Shown: positions 1-13,114, counted from the first letter of the stretch. The stretch is DNA of 44,180 nt from Macrostomum lignano (GCA_002269645.1 NIVC01002308.1:1-44180); one strand, 5' to 3'. Numbers and translations are program-made. The notes: generated by a model not told the origin, from the letters alone.

Positions 1-1395
1 AATCTATTCAAGAATCGCCATCAATCCACCCCAAGAATCGCCATCAAATTCTATTCAAGAATCGCCCATCAATGCCACCCAAGAATCGCCATCAAATCTA
101 TTCAAGAATCGCATCAATCCACCCAAGAATCGCCATCAATCCACCCCAAGAATCGCCATCAAATCTATTCAAGAATCGCCATCAATCCACCCCAAGAATC
201 GCCATCAATCCACCCTGAAAATCGCCATCAAACCACCCAACAATCGCAATCAAACCACCCAAGAATCGCCATCAATCCACCCTGAAAATCGCAATCAAAC
301 CACCCCAACAATCGCAATCAATCCACACTTAAAATCGCAATCAAACCACCCAAGAAACGCCATCAAATCCACCCCAAGAATCGCCATCAATCCACACTTA
401 AAATCGCAATCAAACCACCCCAAGAATCGCATCAAATCTACCCAAGAATCGCCATCACACCACCCTGAGAATCGCCATCAATCCACCCCAAAAACGCCAT
501 CAATCCACCCAAAGAATCGCCATCAAATCTACCCAAGAATCGCCATCAAATCTACCCAAGAATCGCCATCAATCCACCCCAAGAATCGCCATCAATCCAC
601 CCCAAGAATCGCCATCAATCCACCCCAAGAATCGCCATCAATCCACCCAAAGAATCGCCATCAATCCACCCCAAGAATCGCCATCAAATCTACCCCAAGA
701 ATCGCCATCACACCACCCTGAGAATCGCATCAATCCACCCAAGAATCGCCATCAATCCACCCCAAGAATCGCCATCAATCCACCCCAAGAATCGCCATCA
801 AATCACACCCAAGAATCGCCATCACACCACCCTGAGAATCGCCATCAATCCACCCTGAGAATCGCATCAATCCACCCCAAAAAACGCCATCAATCCACCC
901 CAAAAAACGCCATCAATCCACCCCAACAATCGCCATCAATCCACCCTGAAAATCGCAATCAAACCACCCCAACAATCGCAATCAAACCACCCCAAGTATC
1001 GCCATCAATCCTCTCTGAGAATCGCAATCAAACCACCCCAAGTATCGCCATCAATCCTCTCTGAGAATCGCAATCAAACCACCCAAGTATCGCCATCAAT
1101 TCTGTCTAAGAATCGCAATCAAACCACCCCAAGTATCGCCATCAATCCTCTCTGAGAATCGCAATCAAACCACCCCAAATATCGCCATCAATTCTGTCTA
1201 AGAATCGCAATCAAACCACCCCAAGTATCGCCATCAATCCTCTCTGAGAATCGCAATCAAACCACCCCAAGTATCGCCATCAATTCTGTCTAAGAATCGC
1301 AATCAAACCACCCCAAGTATCGCCATCAATTCTGTCTAAGAATCGCCATCAAACCACCCCAAGAATCGCTATCAATCTAGCCTAAGAATCGCCCC
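1..1395 (+). repeat. Minisatellite, about 23-bp unit aagaatcgccatcaatccacccc (AATCGCC family), in the upstream TTC14 intron
   Basis: Direct tandem units with many 1-bp indels; a variant subarray (46-47-bp dimer) lies at about 960-1380. Confidence 0.95.
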
Positions 1396-1495
1396 AGTTG
1401 CATTTCAAAGAGCACATATACTAACCTATATAATCCAACAGTAACCCTTGTATGATATTCCGTATTGCTAATGTTAATGAATTTTTCCTACTTAG

Positions 1496-4400
1496 GCTGT
1501 GTGCCTCTTCATGAACGCGCCTCGTCAGCTCAGTCAAGAGGCTCGTATTGGCGACCTAGTTCGTTGCATGGTGCTAGATTGCCAAGAAGGCCAGCCAGTG
1601 AATTTGTCTCTGCTGCAACAGGATTTGCCTGAGTCGGTTAAGCGGATTAAACTGGTGCGATCTACTCCATAATATTATAATCTTAAAAGCAACTATTGTT
1701 AATTTACGGTTTCCAACTTGTCGACGCTATTAGATGTCTTGGCTTACCAAACCCACTATGAAAATCGCCCTAAACCCACCATGAGAATCGCCCTAAACCC
1801 ACCATGAGAATCGCCCTAAACCCACCATGAGAATCGCCGCTAAACCCACCATGAGAATCGCCGCTAAACCCACCATGAGAATCGCCGCTAAACCCACCAT
1901 GAGAATCGCCGCTAAACCCACCATGAGAATCGCCGCTAAACCCACCATGAGAATCGCCGCTAAACCCACCATGAGAATCGCCGCTAAACCCACCATGAGA
2001 ATCGCCGCTAAACCCACTATGAGAATCGCCGCTAAACCCACCATGAGAATCGCCGCTAAACCCACCATGAGAATCGCCGCTAAACCCACCATGAGAATCG
2101 CCGCTAAACCCACCATGAGAATCGCCGCTAAACCCACCATGAGAATCGCCGCTAAACCCACCATGAGAATCGCCGCTAAACCCACCATGAGAATCGCCGC
2201 TAAACCCACCATGAGAATCGCCGCTAAACCCACCATGAGAATCGCCGCTAAACCCACCGTGAGAATCGCCCCTAAACCCACCATGAGAAGCTGACTCTGA
2301 ACTACAGAAAGTCTGTCTTGAACAAATGCACAATTAAATAATTGATTAATCATTTTTCAGGGCTTCATATCGTCAAACGAGATGCCCAGGCTGTATCATT
2401 TGCTTGCGAAACGAGAATCGCCAGTCTCATTTCACGGCTTTTTAGTGAACCAGACTGAGTTTAAAAATCCAGGCGCCACAACAACGCTTTGCAAGAGGTT
2501 GGGCATTGATGAGAAGCCGCTGACGAGCTTGCTGCACTGCGTTAATAAGTGAGAGCGCCTACATGTAATGAGACCCGCGTGTTGCTTTGTCAACTTGAGA
2601 AGGTGTCTTTGTCATTATCAGCTGCTGAGGGCTAGTCTCCCAGATCCTCATCTTCTGGAGACCAGACTCACCAGATCCTCATCTTCTGGAGGCCAGACTC
2701 ACCAGATCCTTATCTTCTGGAGGCCAGCCTCCCTGATCCTCATCTTCTGGGAGCCAGACTTACCAGATCTTCTGATGGCCAGCCTCCCAGAGTGTCAGTT
2801 GCTGGGTCAGCCTCCCAGAGTGTCAGTTGCTGGGCCAGCCTCCCAGAGTGTCAGTTGCTGGGCCAGCCTCCCAGAGTGTCAGTTGCTGGGCCAGCCTCCT
2901 AGAGTGTCAGTTGCTGGGCCAGCCTCCCAGAGTGTCAGTTGCTGGGCCAGCCTCCCAGAGTGTCAGTTGCTGGGTCAGCCTCCCAGAGTGTCAGTTGCTG
3001 TGCCAGTTTCCCAGATCCTCAGTTGCTGGGCTAGCCTCCCAAATCCTCAGTTGCTGAGCCAGCCTCCCAAATCCTCAGTTGCTGAGCCAGCCTCCCAGAT
3101 CCTCATCAGTTGCTGAGCCAGCCTCCCAGATCCTCATCAGTTGCTGAGCCAGCCTCCCAGATCCTCATCAGTTGCTGGGCCAGCCTCCCAGAGTGTCAGT
3201 TGCTGGGCCAGCCTCCCAGATCCTCATCAGTTGCCGGGCCAGCCTCCCAAATCCTCAGTTGCTGAGCCAGCCTCCCAGATCCTCATCAGTTGCTGAGCCA
3301 GCCTCCCAGATCCTCATCAGTTGCTGGGCCAGCCTCCAAGAGTGTCAGTTGCTGGGCCAGCCTCCAAGAGTGTCAGTTGCTGGGCCAGCCTCCAAGAGTG
3401 TCAGTTGCTGGGCCAGCCTCCAAGAGTGTCAGTTGCTGGGCCAGCCTCCCAGATCCTCATCAGTTGCTGGGCCAGCCTCCCAAATCCTCAGTTGCTGAGC
3501 CAGCCTCCCAAATCCTCAGTTGCTGGGCCAGCCTCCCAGATCCTCAGTTGCTGGGCCAGCCTCCCAAATCCTCAGTTGCTGAGCCAGCCTCCCAGATCCT
3601 CAGTTGCTGGGCCAGCCTCCCAGATCTTCATGACTCAAATCCAAATTCAAGCCAAATCCAACCCCCGCAGCATGAAGGTTGATCCGGCGCACACTGCTAA
3701 AGAATTACGCGATGCCCAGAACAGGCGGTTGGCTTTGCGCGCTGTAGCCAAAGGTGTCGAGCATTTCCGAGCCGGCAATCAAACTCTGGCTAGCCAGTGC
3801 TACGAAAGCGCATTGGCTATTGATCCTAGCAACGTTGAAGCTCTGGTTGCTAGAGGAGCATTGTAATTATAATTAATAATTAATATCTGTCTTATATAAA
3901 ATTATGATCGTCCGTCATAATAAATACTCATTACTGTTTTTATGCAGATTTGCTACAAACGGTTCGAGCGAGAAAGCCGTAGCCGATTTTGAAGCCGCCT
4001 TGGCGACAAAACCCTCGCACAAAAATGCGAGAATTTATCTGGCTAAGACTTTGTTTTCTTTAGCTGAAGTGTAAGTGAATTTTTCTTTTTTTTATAAATT
4101 TTAAGTATAAGTAGTATGTCGTGGTTTGAATTCCTAATTTGATTTAGTATCCATGGCTAAATGCTTATAGTCTATGTTCAGACTAAACTTGTCCATTAGT
4201 CATTGGTCTATGGTCTGAATCTAGTTGTCATGATTAGTTATCCATTAGTATATAGTCTGGTCAGTCCATAGACAATAGTCTGCATGTCTATAGTCTATGG
4301 GTAGACTCTTAGTTTTCATGGCTACATGTGTATAGTCTATGGGTAGACTCTGCCATGGCTGCTTGTCTATAGTCTATGAGTAGACTAATTGTCATGGCTA

Positions 4401-5841
4401 ATTGTCTATAGTCTATGGTAGACTCTAATTGCCATGGCTACTTGTCTATAGTCTATGGGTAGACTAATTGTCATGGCTACTTGTCTATAGTCTATGGGTA
4501 GACTCTAATTCCCATGGCTACTTGTCTATAGCCTATGGGTAGACTAATTGTCATGGCTACTTGTCTATAGTCTATGGGTAGACTCTAATTGCCATGGCTA
4601 CCTGTCTATAGTCTATGGGTAGACTCTAATTGCCATGGCTACTTGTCTATAGTCTATGGTTAGACTCTAATTGCCATGGCTACCTGTCTATAGTCTATGG
4701 GTAGACTCTAATTGCCATGGCTACTTGTCTATAGTCTATGGGTAGGCTCTAATTGTCATGGCTATTTGTCTATAGTCTATGGGTAGATTCTAATTGCCAT
4801 GGCTACTTGTCTATAGTCTATGGGTAGGCTCTAATTGTCATGGCTATTTGTCTATAGTCTATGGTTAGACTCTAATTGCCATGGCTACCTGTCTATAGTC
4901 TATGGTAGACTCTAATTGCCATGGCTACTTGTCTATAGCCTATGGGTAGACTAATTGTCATGGCTACTTGTCTATAGTCTATGGGTAGGCTCTAATTGTC
5001 ATGGCTATTTGTCTATAGTCTATGGGTAGGCTCTAATTGTCATGACTACTTGTCCATAGTTTTTAATAAGCCTATTCAAATTGCATTAAACAGTCATGCT
5101 CAGAAAGGCAACACAAAATCGGCAATGCTATGCTGCATCCGAGCACTTCATCTGGATCCTAAACTTCAACAAGCCAGTCAGTTTCTCAAAGACGCTCGTG
5201 CTGTAAGTTAAATAAATTCAACTGTTAATGCTTTTACAATATTTTTTCTTACAAAACTTTGAATATTTACACATATTATTTTAGACTAACTTTACCGAAG
5301 CTGAAATGCTTCAACTCTACTATCGTTCTCTAGTAGAAGCTAATGGCGACGAAGCTGTCTTATCTGAACGCTTGTTGGCCGTTTATAAAGAATTTTCCGA
5401 TTCGGCTGCTGAGGCTGAGTCTACCGATGCTGCTGCGACTGCTGCTGCGTCTGAGTCGGCTGGGCCTCATGCAGCCACTGTTAGCGAAAGGTAATAAAAT
5501 GAAAAGTGGGACAGGCAGACAGACACTAAAACATTCGGACAGGCTGATATAACAGACAGATACAGAGACAGACTGACTGATACAAGCAGACGAAGTGATA
5601 GACAGACCCTAAGGCAGACAGACAGACACAGATTGACCCTAAGACAGACCCTAAGGCAGACAGACAGACACAGATTGACCCTAAGACAGACCCTAAGGCA
5701 GACAGACAGACACAGATTGACAGACAGATAGACAGACCCTAAGGCAGACAGACAGACACAGATTGACAGACAGATAGACAGACCCTAAGACAGACAGACA
5801 CAGATTGACAGACAGACACTAAGACAGACAGACAGATAGCC

Positions 5842-5886
<45 letters not shown>

Positions 5887-8800
5887 TACTAAGACAGATA
5901 GACAGACATTAACACAGACAGACAAAGAGATAGACAGGTACTAAAACAGACAGTGATAGACAGACACTAAAACAGACGGACAGACAGATAGACGAATATG
6001 ATTGACAAGTACATGTAGATAGACGAATATGATTGACAAGTACATGTAGATGGACGCTGACTCTGATACGCTAAAATGCCTTCCCTTTTCCAGTTCCAGT
6101 CGGCGTCATAGTCACCCCGCCACCGCCGCTGATCCTGATAACAGTCAGCATGAAAGAATCGACGTCAAACGCAAACGTAACGTGTCGCACCGATCCGACA
6201 GCCAGCATCGTCGGCGACAGGAGCGCAAACGACGCTCGTCGAGCTTGTCGCCTCCGCCGTCGCACCAGCAGCAGTCGGAGTCTTTGCTTCTAGCTCCGCC
6301 TTGTCCTCCCGTGGCCACTCAGTTATCATCGTCTTCTTCGTCATCAATTACTCGACGATTCGATCAACCAACGCAATCGTCGACGCTGCCTCACGCGCTT
6401 CGACGGCCGTCGGATGAATTCACTGCTGCTGCTAGCATGAAGAACAAAGAGCGCGGATTTGCCGCCTTAGAGCGAGCCTATGAGCGAAAGCGATCAAACA
6501 AAGATAGTAGAAGCCCATCTGGGTCTTCAACTTCCCGTTCATCGTCTAGTAGTTCGGATAAGAATCGTCGCAGACGCAGTCGTAAACGCGATCTTAAAGA
6601 TGAACAGAAATCGCACAGCAAGAAGATCAAACAGCGTCAGGTTAGCCGAGATAGATTTGATCGATATTCAGAGCAAAGTCCTAAGTTTGACGACACGGAA
6701 AGTCGTCACTTTCGCAAAGAGCCTACTCGTTCGAGTCGGTATGATCAAGATCGTTCCGGCAGAGAAGAATATAACAGACCATCGAGTCCTTATGGCAGAG
6801 AAAGACGCAAACGATTCGACAGACCTTTGAGTCCTCGTGACAGAGAAAGTCGCGATCGATTCGACAGACCTTTGAGTCCTCGTGAAAGAGAAAGTCGCGA
6901 TCGATTCGACAGACCCTTGAGTCCTCGTGGCAGAGAAAGTCGCGATCGATTCGACAGACCCTTGAGTCCTCGTGGCAGAGAAAGTCGCGATCGATTCGAC
7001 AGACCCTTGAGTCCTCGTGGCAGAGAAAGTCGCGATCGATTCGACAGACCCTTGAGTCCTCGTGGCAGAGAAATCGCGAACGATTCGACAGACCCTTGAG
7101 TCCTCGTGGCAGAGAAAGTCGCGAACGATTCGACAGACCCTTGAGTCCTCGTGGCAGAGAAAGTCGCGAACGATTCGACAGACCCTTGAGTCCTCGTGGC
7201 AGAGAAAGTCGCGAACGATTCGACAGACCCTTGAGTCCTCGTGGCAGAGAAAGTCGCGAACGATTCGACAGACGACAAAGTCCCCAAGACAGGGTTAGTG
7301 AACGCACTGACGGACATCAGAGTCCTCAGGACAGGGAAAACCTTAAACGGTTCGACAGGCATCAAAGTCATCTAGAAAGAAGCCGTGAGCTACATAGTTC
7401 TAGGACAGAGTAACTCAAGAACGTTTTCACGAGAGTTACGAGAGTTCCCAAGAAAAAAGTCGCAAGCACTTTGACAAGCGATCAAGTCCTCGAACTCGGG
7501 GCAAGGAAGGCTTCGACAGGCCAAAGAGTCCTCCAGACAGAGGTCGTGAGCACTTTGATAGACGATCGAGTTCGCTCGACCGAGAAGCTCGCTTTGACAG
7601 ACGTCAGAGTTCCCAGGACGGGGAAGGTCGTAGACAACCTCGCTTAAGCAGAGATTCCACTATCCATTCAGATCGAGATCGGTTTACCACAGAATCAAGA
7701 CGCAGTCAGAGAGATGACGATCGCAAGGACAGGCGGAAAGATACTGAAAGATACGAGTATCGGGATAGTGGCAGTAGTCGACACGCTCAACACTATATTC
7801 CCGGTCCCGACACAGTCGAAGAAGCTGATATGGACATATCGCCTGGAGGTTCGCCGCCTCCAGGATCCTCTATGGATACCATGGCAGGACACCAGCCAAC
7901 TGTGTTAAGCCACCCAGAGAGTGCAACTTCACGATTTTCCATGAACATACGTTCAAGACTTGGACCAGCTAACAGTCAGCCGCAGTCTGGCAGTTCGCCA
8001 GCGCCAGAGGACGAAGTGCGTCGAGTTGTGCTGCTCAAACCCGCAGACAAATTGCCAGAGTCCACGACGACTGTACGAAAAGAAGCCAGAGATGAGGCAG
8101 CCAGTATTGGTGGCGATTTTATGGAGTTTGAGAGTGAGTTTCAACTGCTGTATTTTCGAATACTTTCGGATTGTTGGCTAGGTTATTGGCTTTTTTACTG
8201 CTTCCTTTTGGCTAATGTATTGGCTTCCTATTGACTAGTTTATTTGCTTCCTAATGGCTAGTTTATTGGCTTCCTATTGGCTAGTTTATTGGCTTCTTAT
8301 TGGCTAGTTTATTGGCTTCCTAATGGCTAGTTTATTGGCTTCCTAATGGCTAGTTTATTGGCTTCCTATTGACTAGTTTATTGGCTTCCTATTGACTAGT
8401 TTATTGGCTTCCTAATGGCTAGTTTATTGGCTTCCTAATGGCTAGTTTATAGGCTTCCTACTGGCTAGTTTATTGGCTTCCTAATGGCTAGTTTATTGGC
8501 TTCCTACTGGCTAGTTTATTGGCTTCCATTGGCTAGTTTATTGGCTTCCTACTGGCTAGTTTATTGGCTTCCATTGGCTAGTTTATTGGCTTCCTAATGG
8601 CTAGATTATTGGCTTCCTATTGGCTAGTTTATTGGCTTCCTACTGGCTAGTTTATTGGCTTCCATTGGCTAGTTTATTGGCTTCCTAATGGCTAGATTAT
8701 TGGCTTCCTATTGGCTAGTTTATTGGCTTCCTAATGGCTAGATTATTGGCTTCCTATTGGCTAGTTTATTGGCTTCCTAATGGCTAGATTATTGGCTTCC

Positions 8801-11599
8801 TATTGGCTAGTTTAGTGGCTTCCTAATGGCTAGTTTAGTGGCTTCCTATTGGCTAGTTTATTGGCTTCCTATTGGCTAGTTTATTGGCTTCCTATTGGCT
8901 AGTTTATTGGCTTCCTATTGGCTAGTTTATTGGCTTCATGTTAGCCAGTGCTGGTTACTAAAGTTTATGTTTTTTTTCGATTGTTCATGATTTCTAGATT
9001 TTATCATTCGCAAGTCAGGCCCACAACAGTCAGATCAGAAGCAGCAAAAGCAGCTTGAAGAACAACAGAAGCAATCGTCGAAATCGTCTGATTATAATCG
9101 AGCTTCAGATTCAACTGCCGCGTCAGCTGATAGTCGGGTAATTAATCACTCCTATACGATATTTCCTATCAATTGATTTGTAAAATTTAGAGTATTATAA
9201 TGCTACTATTCAGTAGTGTATCTAAAATTTCTAAAATATTTTTACCTTTAGTACAAAACATGCATCTATAATACTCCTAAGAGTTGTAGCCTAGTGGTTA
9301 GAGCATCGGACTGACGACTGAAAGGTCGGGGGTTCAATTCTAGACCCAATCGGAACAATTTGTGTCCTTGAGCAAGACACTTAACTCTGCATTGCTTCAG
9401 TTCACCCAGCTGTAAAATGGGTGCCAGCATTAGCTGGGGTAATTGAGGCTGTGTGGCGACCCCCCCCCCCCCAGTCCTTGGACTGAACAGCCGTACGCAG
9501 CCTTCAGATTCGCCGCGCAATAGCTGCGGCTGAGCTGTCGGTTGCACATCTGGCTCAATTGGAGCACTACTTCGGTTAGCTATGTCTAGGCTTAGGCTGT
9601 ACGTGGCCTGTTACTTTTATTATATTCTTTAAGCGAAAAAAATCTTTAAGCTCAAGTATTATACGGTATACTCCAAGAGGACAGGCAAAGCATTATTAAG
9701 CTGTCATTCATTTGATTGCGTGTTGCTCTTCAGAGGCAAGTTAATTGCAGCGAGAATCTTTTCTTCGTTAAGCCGCTTTTCCTGCTAGAAAGAAAATCTT
9801 TTACTGTTTTGTGAATCGGTTTTAGCTAATCAGCTAATTTGATTAGGTAGTGGCGTGCGCTGTTAGCTTTTAGTGGCTTTGTTCTCATAACTTTTTTAAT
9901 ATGCTGCTAGCCATTGTTTTGCAGACAGACTTAGTGATTGATTCACAGACAGACTTTGTGATTGATTCACAGACAGACTTAGTGATTGATTCACAGACAG
10001 ACTTAGTGATTGGTTCACAGACAGACTTAGTGATTGATTCACAGACAGACTTAGTGATTGATTCACAGACAGACTTAGTGATCGATTCACAGACAGACAT
10101 AGTGATTGATTCACAGACAGACTTAGTGATTGATTCACAGACAGACTTAGTGATTGGTTCACAGACAGACTTAGTGATTGATTCACAGACAGACTTAGTG
10201 ATCGATTCACAGACAGACTTAGTGATTGATTCACAGACAGACTTAGTGATTGATTCACAGACAGACTTAGTGATTGATTCACACACAGACTTAGTGATTG
10301 ATTCATAGACAGACTTAGTGATTGGTTCACAGACAGACTTAGTGATTGATTCACAGACAGACTTAGTGATTGATTCACAGACAGACGTTTTAAGAGTTTT
10401 ATAAAGGAAGTATTACGTGTTTTTTATTGGCATCTCCTCAAAATTCCCATCATTTCACTGTCCAGGTACAACTACTATGGAAGCCTCTACAGCCATCTGG
10501 ATCTGTCTCCAGCTCCAGAGGTCGCAGATCTTCCCCTACAGCAGCTGTTGCCTCCGCTACAACTCGGGACAGCGCATCGGGCAGTAAAAGCAGCAGAAAA
10601 GACGACAGTAGTGGCGCATCCAAGTTCGTACCGGTTGTTCCTGCCGCAGCCGACGCGTCATCCTCTGACAAACGCTCTGCCGAACGAATTTCTCAGTCTA
10701 CTATTCAGCAGAGAATTCGCGAAATTGAAGACCGTCATCGCAAATATTCGCCTAATGCTAGAGAGCAGCGTTGGTCACCTAAGCAGCAACTAATTAAGCA
10801 GGAGAAGCAACCGGAAGAAACACAGCATCAGCAGCAATTGCCGCAACAGCCATCTCAGCGACATCATTTGCATCCTCGATTTTATAATAATTCTTCAATA
10901 AATCGCGTTCCGAGTCCTAAACTGCCGCGTCAGTCTCAGTATCAGCAGCGTCTTCAACCCGATGTTTCGCCTCGCGATTCACGCGACAATCGACGCTATC
11001 AGTCTAGAGATAGCCGTAGCCGTAGCCGTAGTCGTGGTCGTAGCCGTAGTCGTGGCCGTAGCCGTAGTCGAAGCTACAGCCGAAGCCGCAGCCGGAGTCC
11101 GTATCGCTTCGCGGGCTATCGCCCTTGGCAGCCGCGCGGCTGGCACAGAGGCAGGGGCAGGGGCCGAGGCGGAGCCTACCGAGGCTACAGAGGAGGCGGC
11201 TATAATCGCTATCATAATAATCCTCGCTCTAGGTCCCGTTCGAGGTCCCGTTCAATTTCCCGCTCGAGATCCCGATCCAGAAATCGATCCCGCTCGCTAT
11301 CTCGTTCGCCTCATTTTACTCGAGCCGGCGTTGTGCCTCTGCCTACTACTACAAATACTACTTCTACTACTAGTAGTACTAATAGAAAGCGAAACGACAA
11401 AAAAGAATTGCCGAAAGAGAAGTCGCCGAAAAAGGATTTACCAATCAAGTCGCCGACGCCTTCAGCATCAGCAGCCTCGCCCGAAGCCGCCGCAGTCGCC
11501 GAGTCTAAACGAAGTCCTCATCCAGAAGAGACGCTGGCGGACTTGGAAAATTTCCTTGCCGAATTGAAGCAAAAAAAACGAGACATCGATTTGGATTAA
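1496..11599 (+). CDS. TTC14: Tetratricopeptide repeat protein 14 homolog (S1-like domain, TPRs, very long RS/RD-rich C-terminus); 5'-partial, 9 visible exons, two apparent -1 frameshifts in exon 7
   Basis: Exons with GT-AG boundaries and matching phases: 1496-1654, 2361-2548, 3671-3862, 3948-4070, 5094-5202, 5285-5490, 6094-8133, 8998-9137, 10466-11599. Spliced peptides [12 protein letters not shown]|[19 protein letters not shown] and [47 protein letters not shown]...[12 protein letters not shown] match, from memory, human TTC14 ([59 protein letters not shown]). The total is a multiple of 3 (4293 nt) only after restoring 1 nt near 7073 and 1 nt near 7402. Confidence 0.92.
1749..2290 (+). repeat. 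Minisatellite, 24-bp unit atgagaatcgccgctaaacccacc (AATCGCC family), TTC14 intron
   Basis: Near-perfect tandem array; source of the MRIAAKPT / GDSHGGFS ORFs. Confidence 0.97.
2630..3626 (+). repeat. Minisatellite, 24-27-bp unit gctgggccagcctcccag(agtgt/atcct)cagtt, TTC14 intron
   Basis: Tandem units between donor 2549 and acceptor 3670; same family as 21985-22530. Confidence 0.95.
4140..5060 (+). repeat. Minisatellite, about 39-41-bp unit ccatggctacttgtctatagtctatgggtagactctaattg, TTC14 intron
   Basis: Tandem units, degenerate at the 5' edge, filling intron 4071-5093. Confidence 0.95.
5505..6050 (+). repeat. (GACA)n-based compound repeat with a terminal ~31-bp duplication, TTC14 intron
   Basis: gacagaca runs with recurring gacagaccctaaggca; agatagacgaatatgattgacaagtacatgt is duplicated at about 5987-6048. 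Confidence 0.9.
6797..7290 (+). repeat. Coding 45-bp tandem repeat ([16 protein letters not shown]) in TTC14 exon 7
   Basis: About 10 near-perfect 45-bp units (6797, 6842, 6887, 6932, 6977, 7022, 7067 [44 bp], 7111, 7156, 7201) plus degenerate flanking units. Confidence 0.95.
8205..8940 (+). repeat. Minisatellite, 23-24-bp unit attggctagtttattggcttcct(a), TTC14 intron
   Basis: Tandem array filling intron 8134-8997. Confidence 0.95.
9281..9553 (+). mobile_element. tRNA-derived SINE with CORE-like central domain, copy 1 (TTC14 intron 8)
   Basis: Head with A-box (tagcctagtggttagagc) and B-box (ggttcaattc). The body tgtgtccttgagcaagacacttaactctgcattgcttcagttcacccagctgtaaaatggg aligns by eye with the MIR/CORE consensus (gtgaccttgggcaagtcacttaacctctctgtgcctcagtttcctcatctgtaaaatggg). 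A second copy lies at 20003-20245. Confidence 0.8.
9922..10387 (+). repeat. Minisatellite, 24-bp unit acagacagacttagtgattgattc, TTC14 intron 8
   Basis: Near-perfect tandem array. Confidence 0.97.
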
Positions 11600-11984
11600 A
11601 AATGCATGTTACAGTTGACGCGTTTTCTAAACTGGCACGGTTTTAGAATGAAAAAAGACTATGTTAAATAAGTATATTGGCATATGTATTAATTTTCGCT
11701 TTGATATTAGTCTCAATTCAACTCTTTTTTCAGTAGTTTCTCTGCGCATTGTCACTAAAATTTAATGTGAGGCAGCTAAAATCTCCTTTCCATTCCTCGG
11801 AGTTTGCGGTCTTAGTAGACTATATTGGAAAAAAATCGGTTTAGGCATTCAGGCTGTACACTGTAATACCGGTCAGACTAGACCTTAGAAATTTAGTATA
11901 TTGTGATGTGATGATATGGGGGTTAAGCATGAACAACAAGCATTTAACTTTTACATCAGTGAACGCCAGACAAGACGAGACTCA

Positions 11985-12345
11985 GTCTAGGGGGGACAGG
12001 CCCAATCTATCTCAGCCAATCAGAAAGCAGTAAGAAGAGAAGTCAGTCAGCCGGGGGGGGCAAACCCAATCCAGCTCAGCCAATGAGAGAGCAGTAAGGA
12101 GAGAGGACAAGTCAGACGGACGAAAGTCAGTCTGAGGGGCGGCCCGATATAGCTCAGCCAATGAAAGAGCAGTAAGGAGAGAGGACAAGTCAGACGGACG
12201 AAAGCCAGTCTGAGGGGCGGCCCGATCCAGCTCAACCAATGAAAGAGCAGTGAGGAGAGAGGTCAAAGTCAGATAAACAAAAGTTAGCCGGGGCGGGGGG
12301 GCAGGCCCAATCTAGCTCAGCCAATGAGAGAGCAGCAAGAAATAG
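11985..12345 (+). repeat. Degenerate ~64-85-bp tandem repeat with CCAAT and GC-box motifs, between TTC14 and DCAF15
   Basis: (a/g)ccaat at 12014, 12078, 12156, about 12234 and 12319; gggcgg at about 12137, 12215 and 12291. Confidence 0.8.
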
Positions 12346-13114
12346 AATAGATACCTTGCACTTTGAAGCTGCTACTCTGTAAGCGGTGGTAAATGCACAT
12401 TTTCCTAGGTTTTTAATAATCAAATTTCAGCCAATTAATTTTAAAGCAATTTTAGCGGTTTAAAGAAATTTGTACAACTAATTGTTCTTCTCTGCGCTCT
12501 CCTGTTTAATTGATTCGCATCCTAATTTACTAATCTCCGATAATAATTACAATAATTACAGTAGTAAATGTTTGTCTGTCAATAAAATAACTAATTATAA
12601 TTATACTAGTTGTTAGCACGTAGTTGTACACGTAAAATACGAATTTAATAAATTAATAATAATAATAAAATTCACTTTTACTCGTTAAATTTTTGAAATT
12701 TCTTTACTAATTCTTGTCTTTATATTTTTGCTAGGGTAGTGTTCGCGACAATGATTGAGCTGCATCCGCGTTGTTATTAGTGTACTAATACTAAATATTG
12801 GCAACCTTAGTACCCATTGGTTAGTGAACCCCTTAGTATCACGGATGTAGTCTCAATGCCAGTATTGGTGACCTTATGTAATTTATAGACTGAAAATGTC
12901 GCTCTTAGAATACAATAATCAATAAAACAAGGATTATTACGAATTTAATGATCCGTGGATTGGCTATTTTTATACTCGGCTAAAGTCCATTTATATGTAA
13001 TAGAAGTTAAATTGATTATCTACAATAATATATTTATATACATACGCCTCTTTTCTAGGATGCTTAAAGTAATAAATCCTGACACAAATAAAAGGAGAGT
13101 CGGTTTTCATACAA

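Noticed and set aside
1770-2353. ORFs MRIAAKPT / GDSHGGFS / AAILMVGL repeats
   Set aside because: These are translations of a 24-bp intronic array open on both strands; the flanking exons splice across it in frame.
9281-9350. Possible tRNA gene
   Set aside because: A and B boxes are present, but there is no closing acceptor stem or credible anticodon arm, and it continues into a SINE body found twice in the window.
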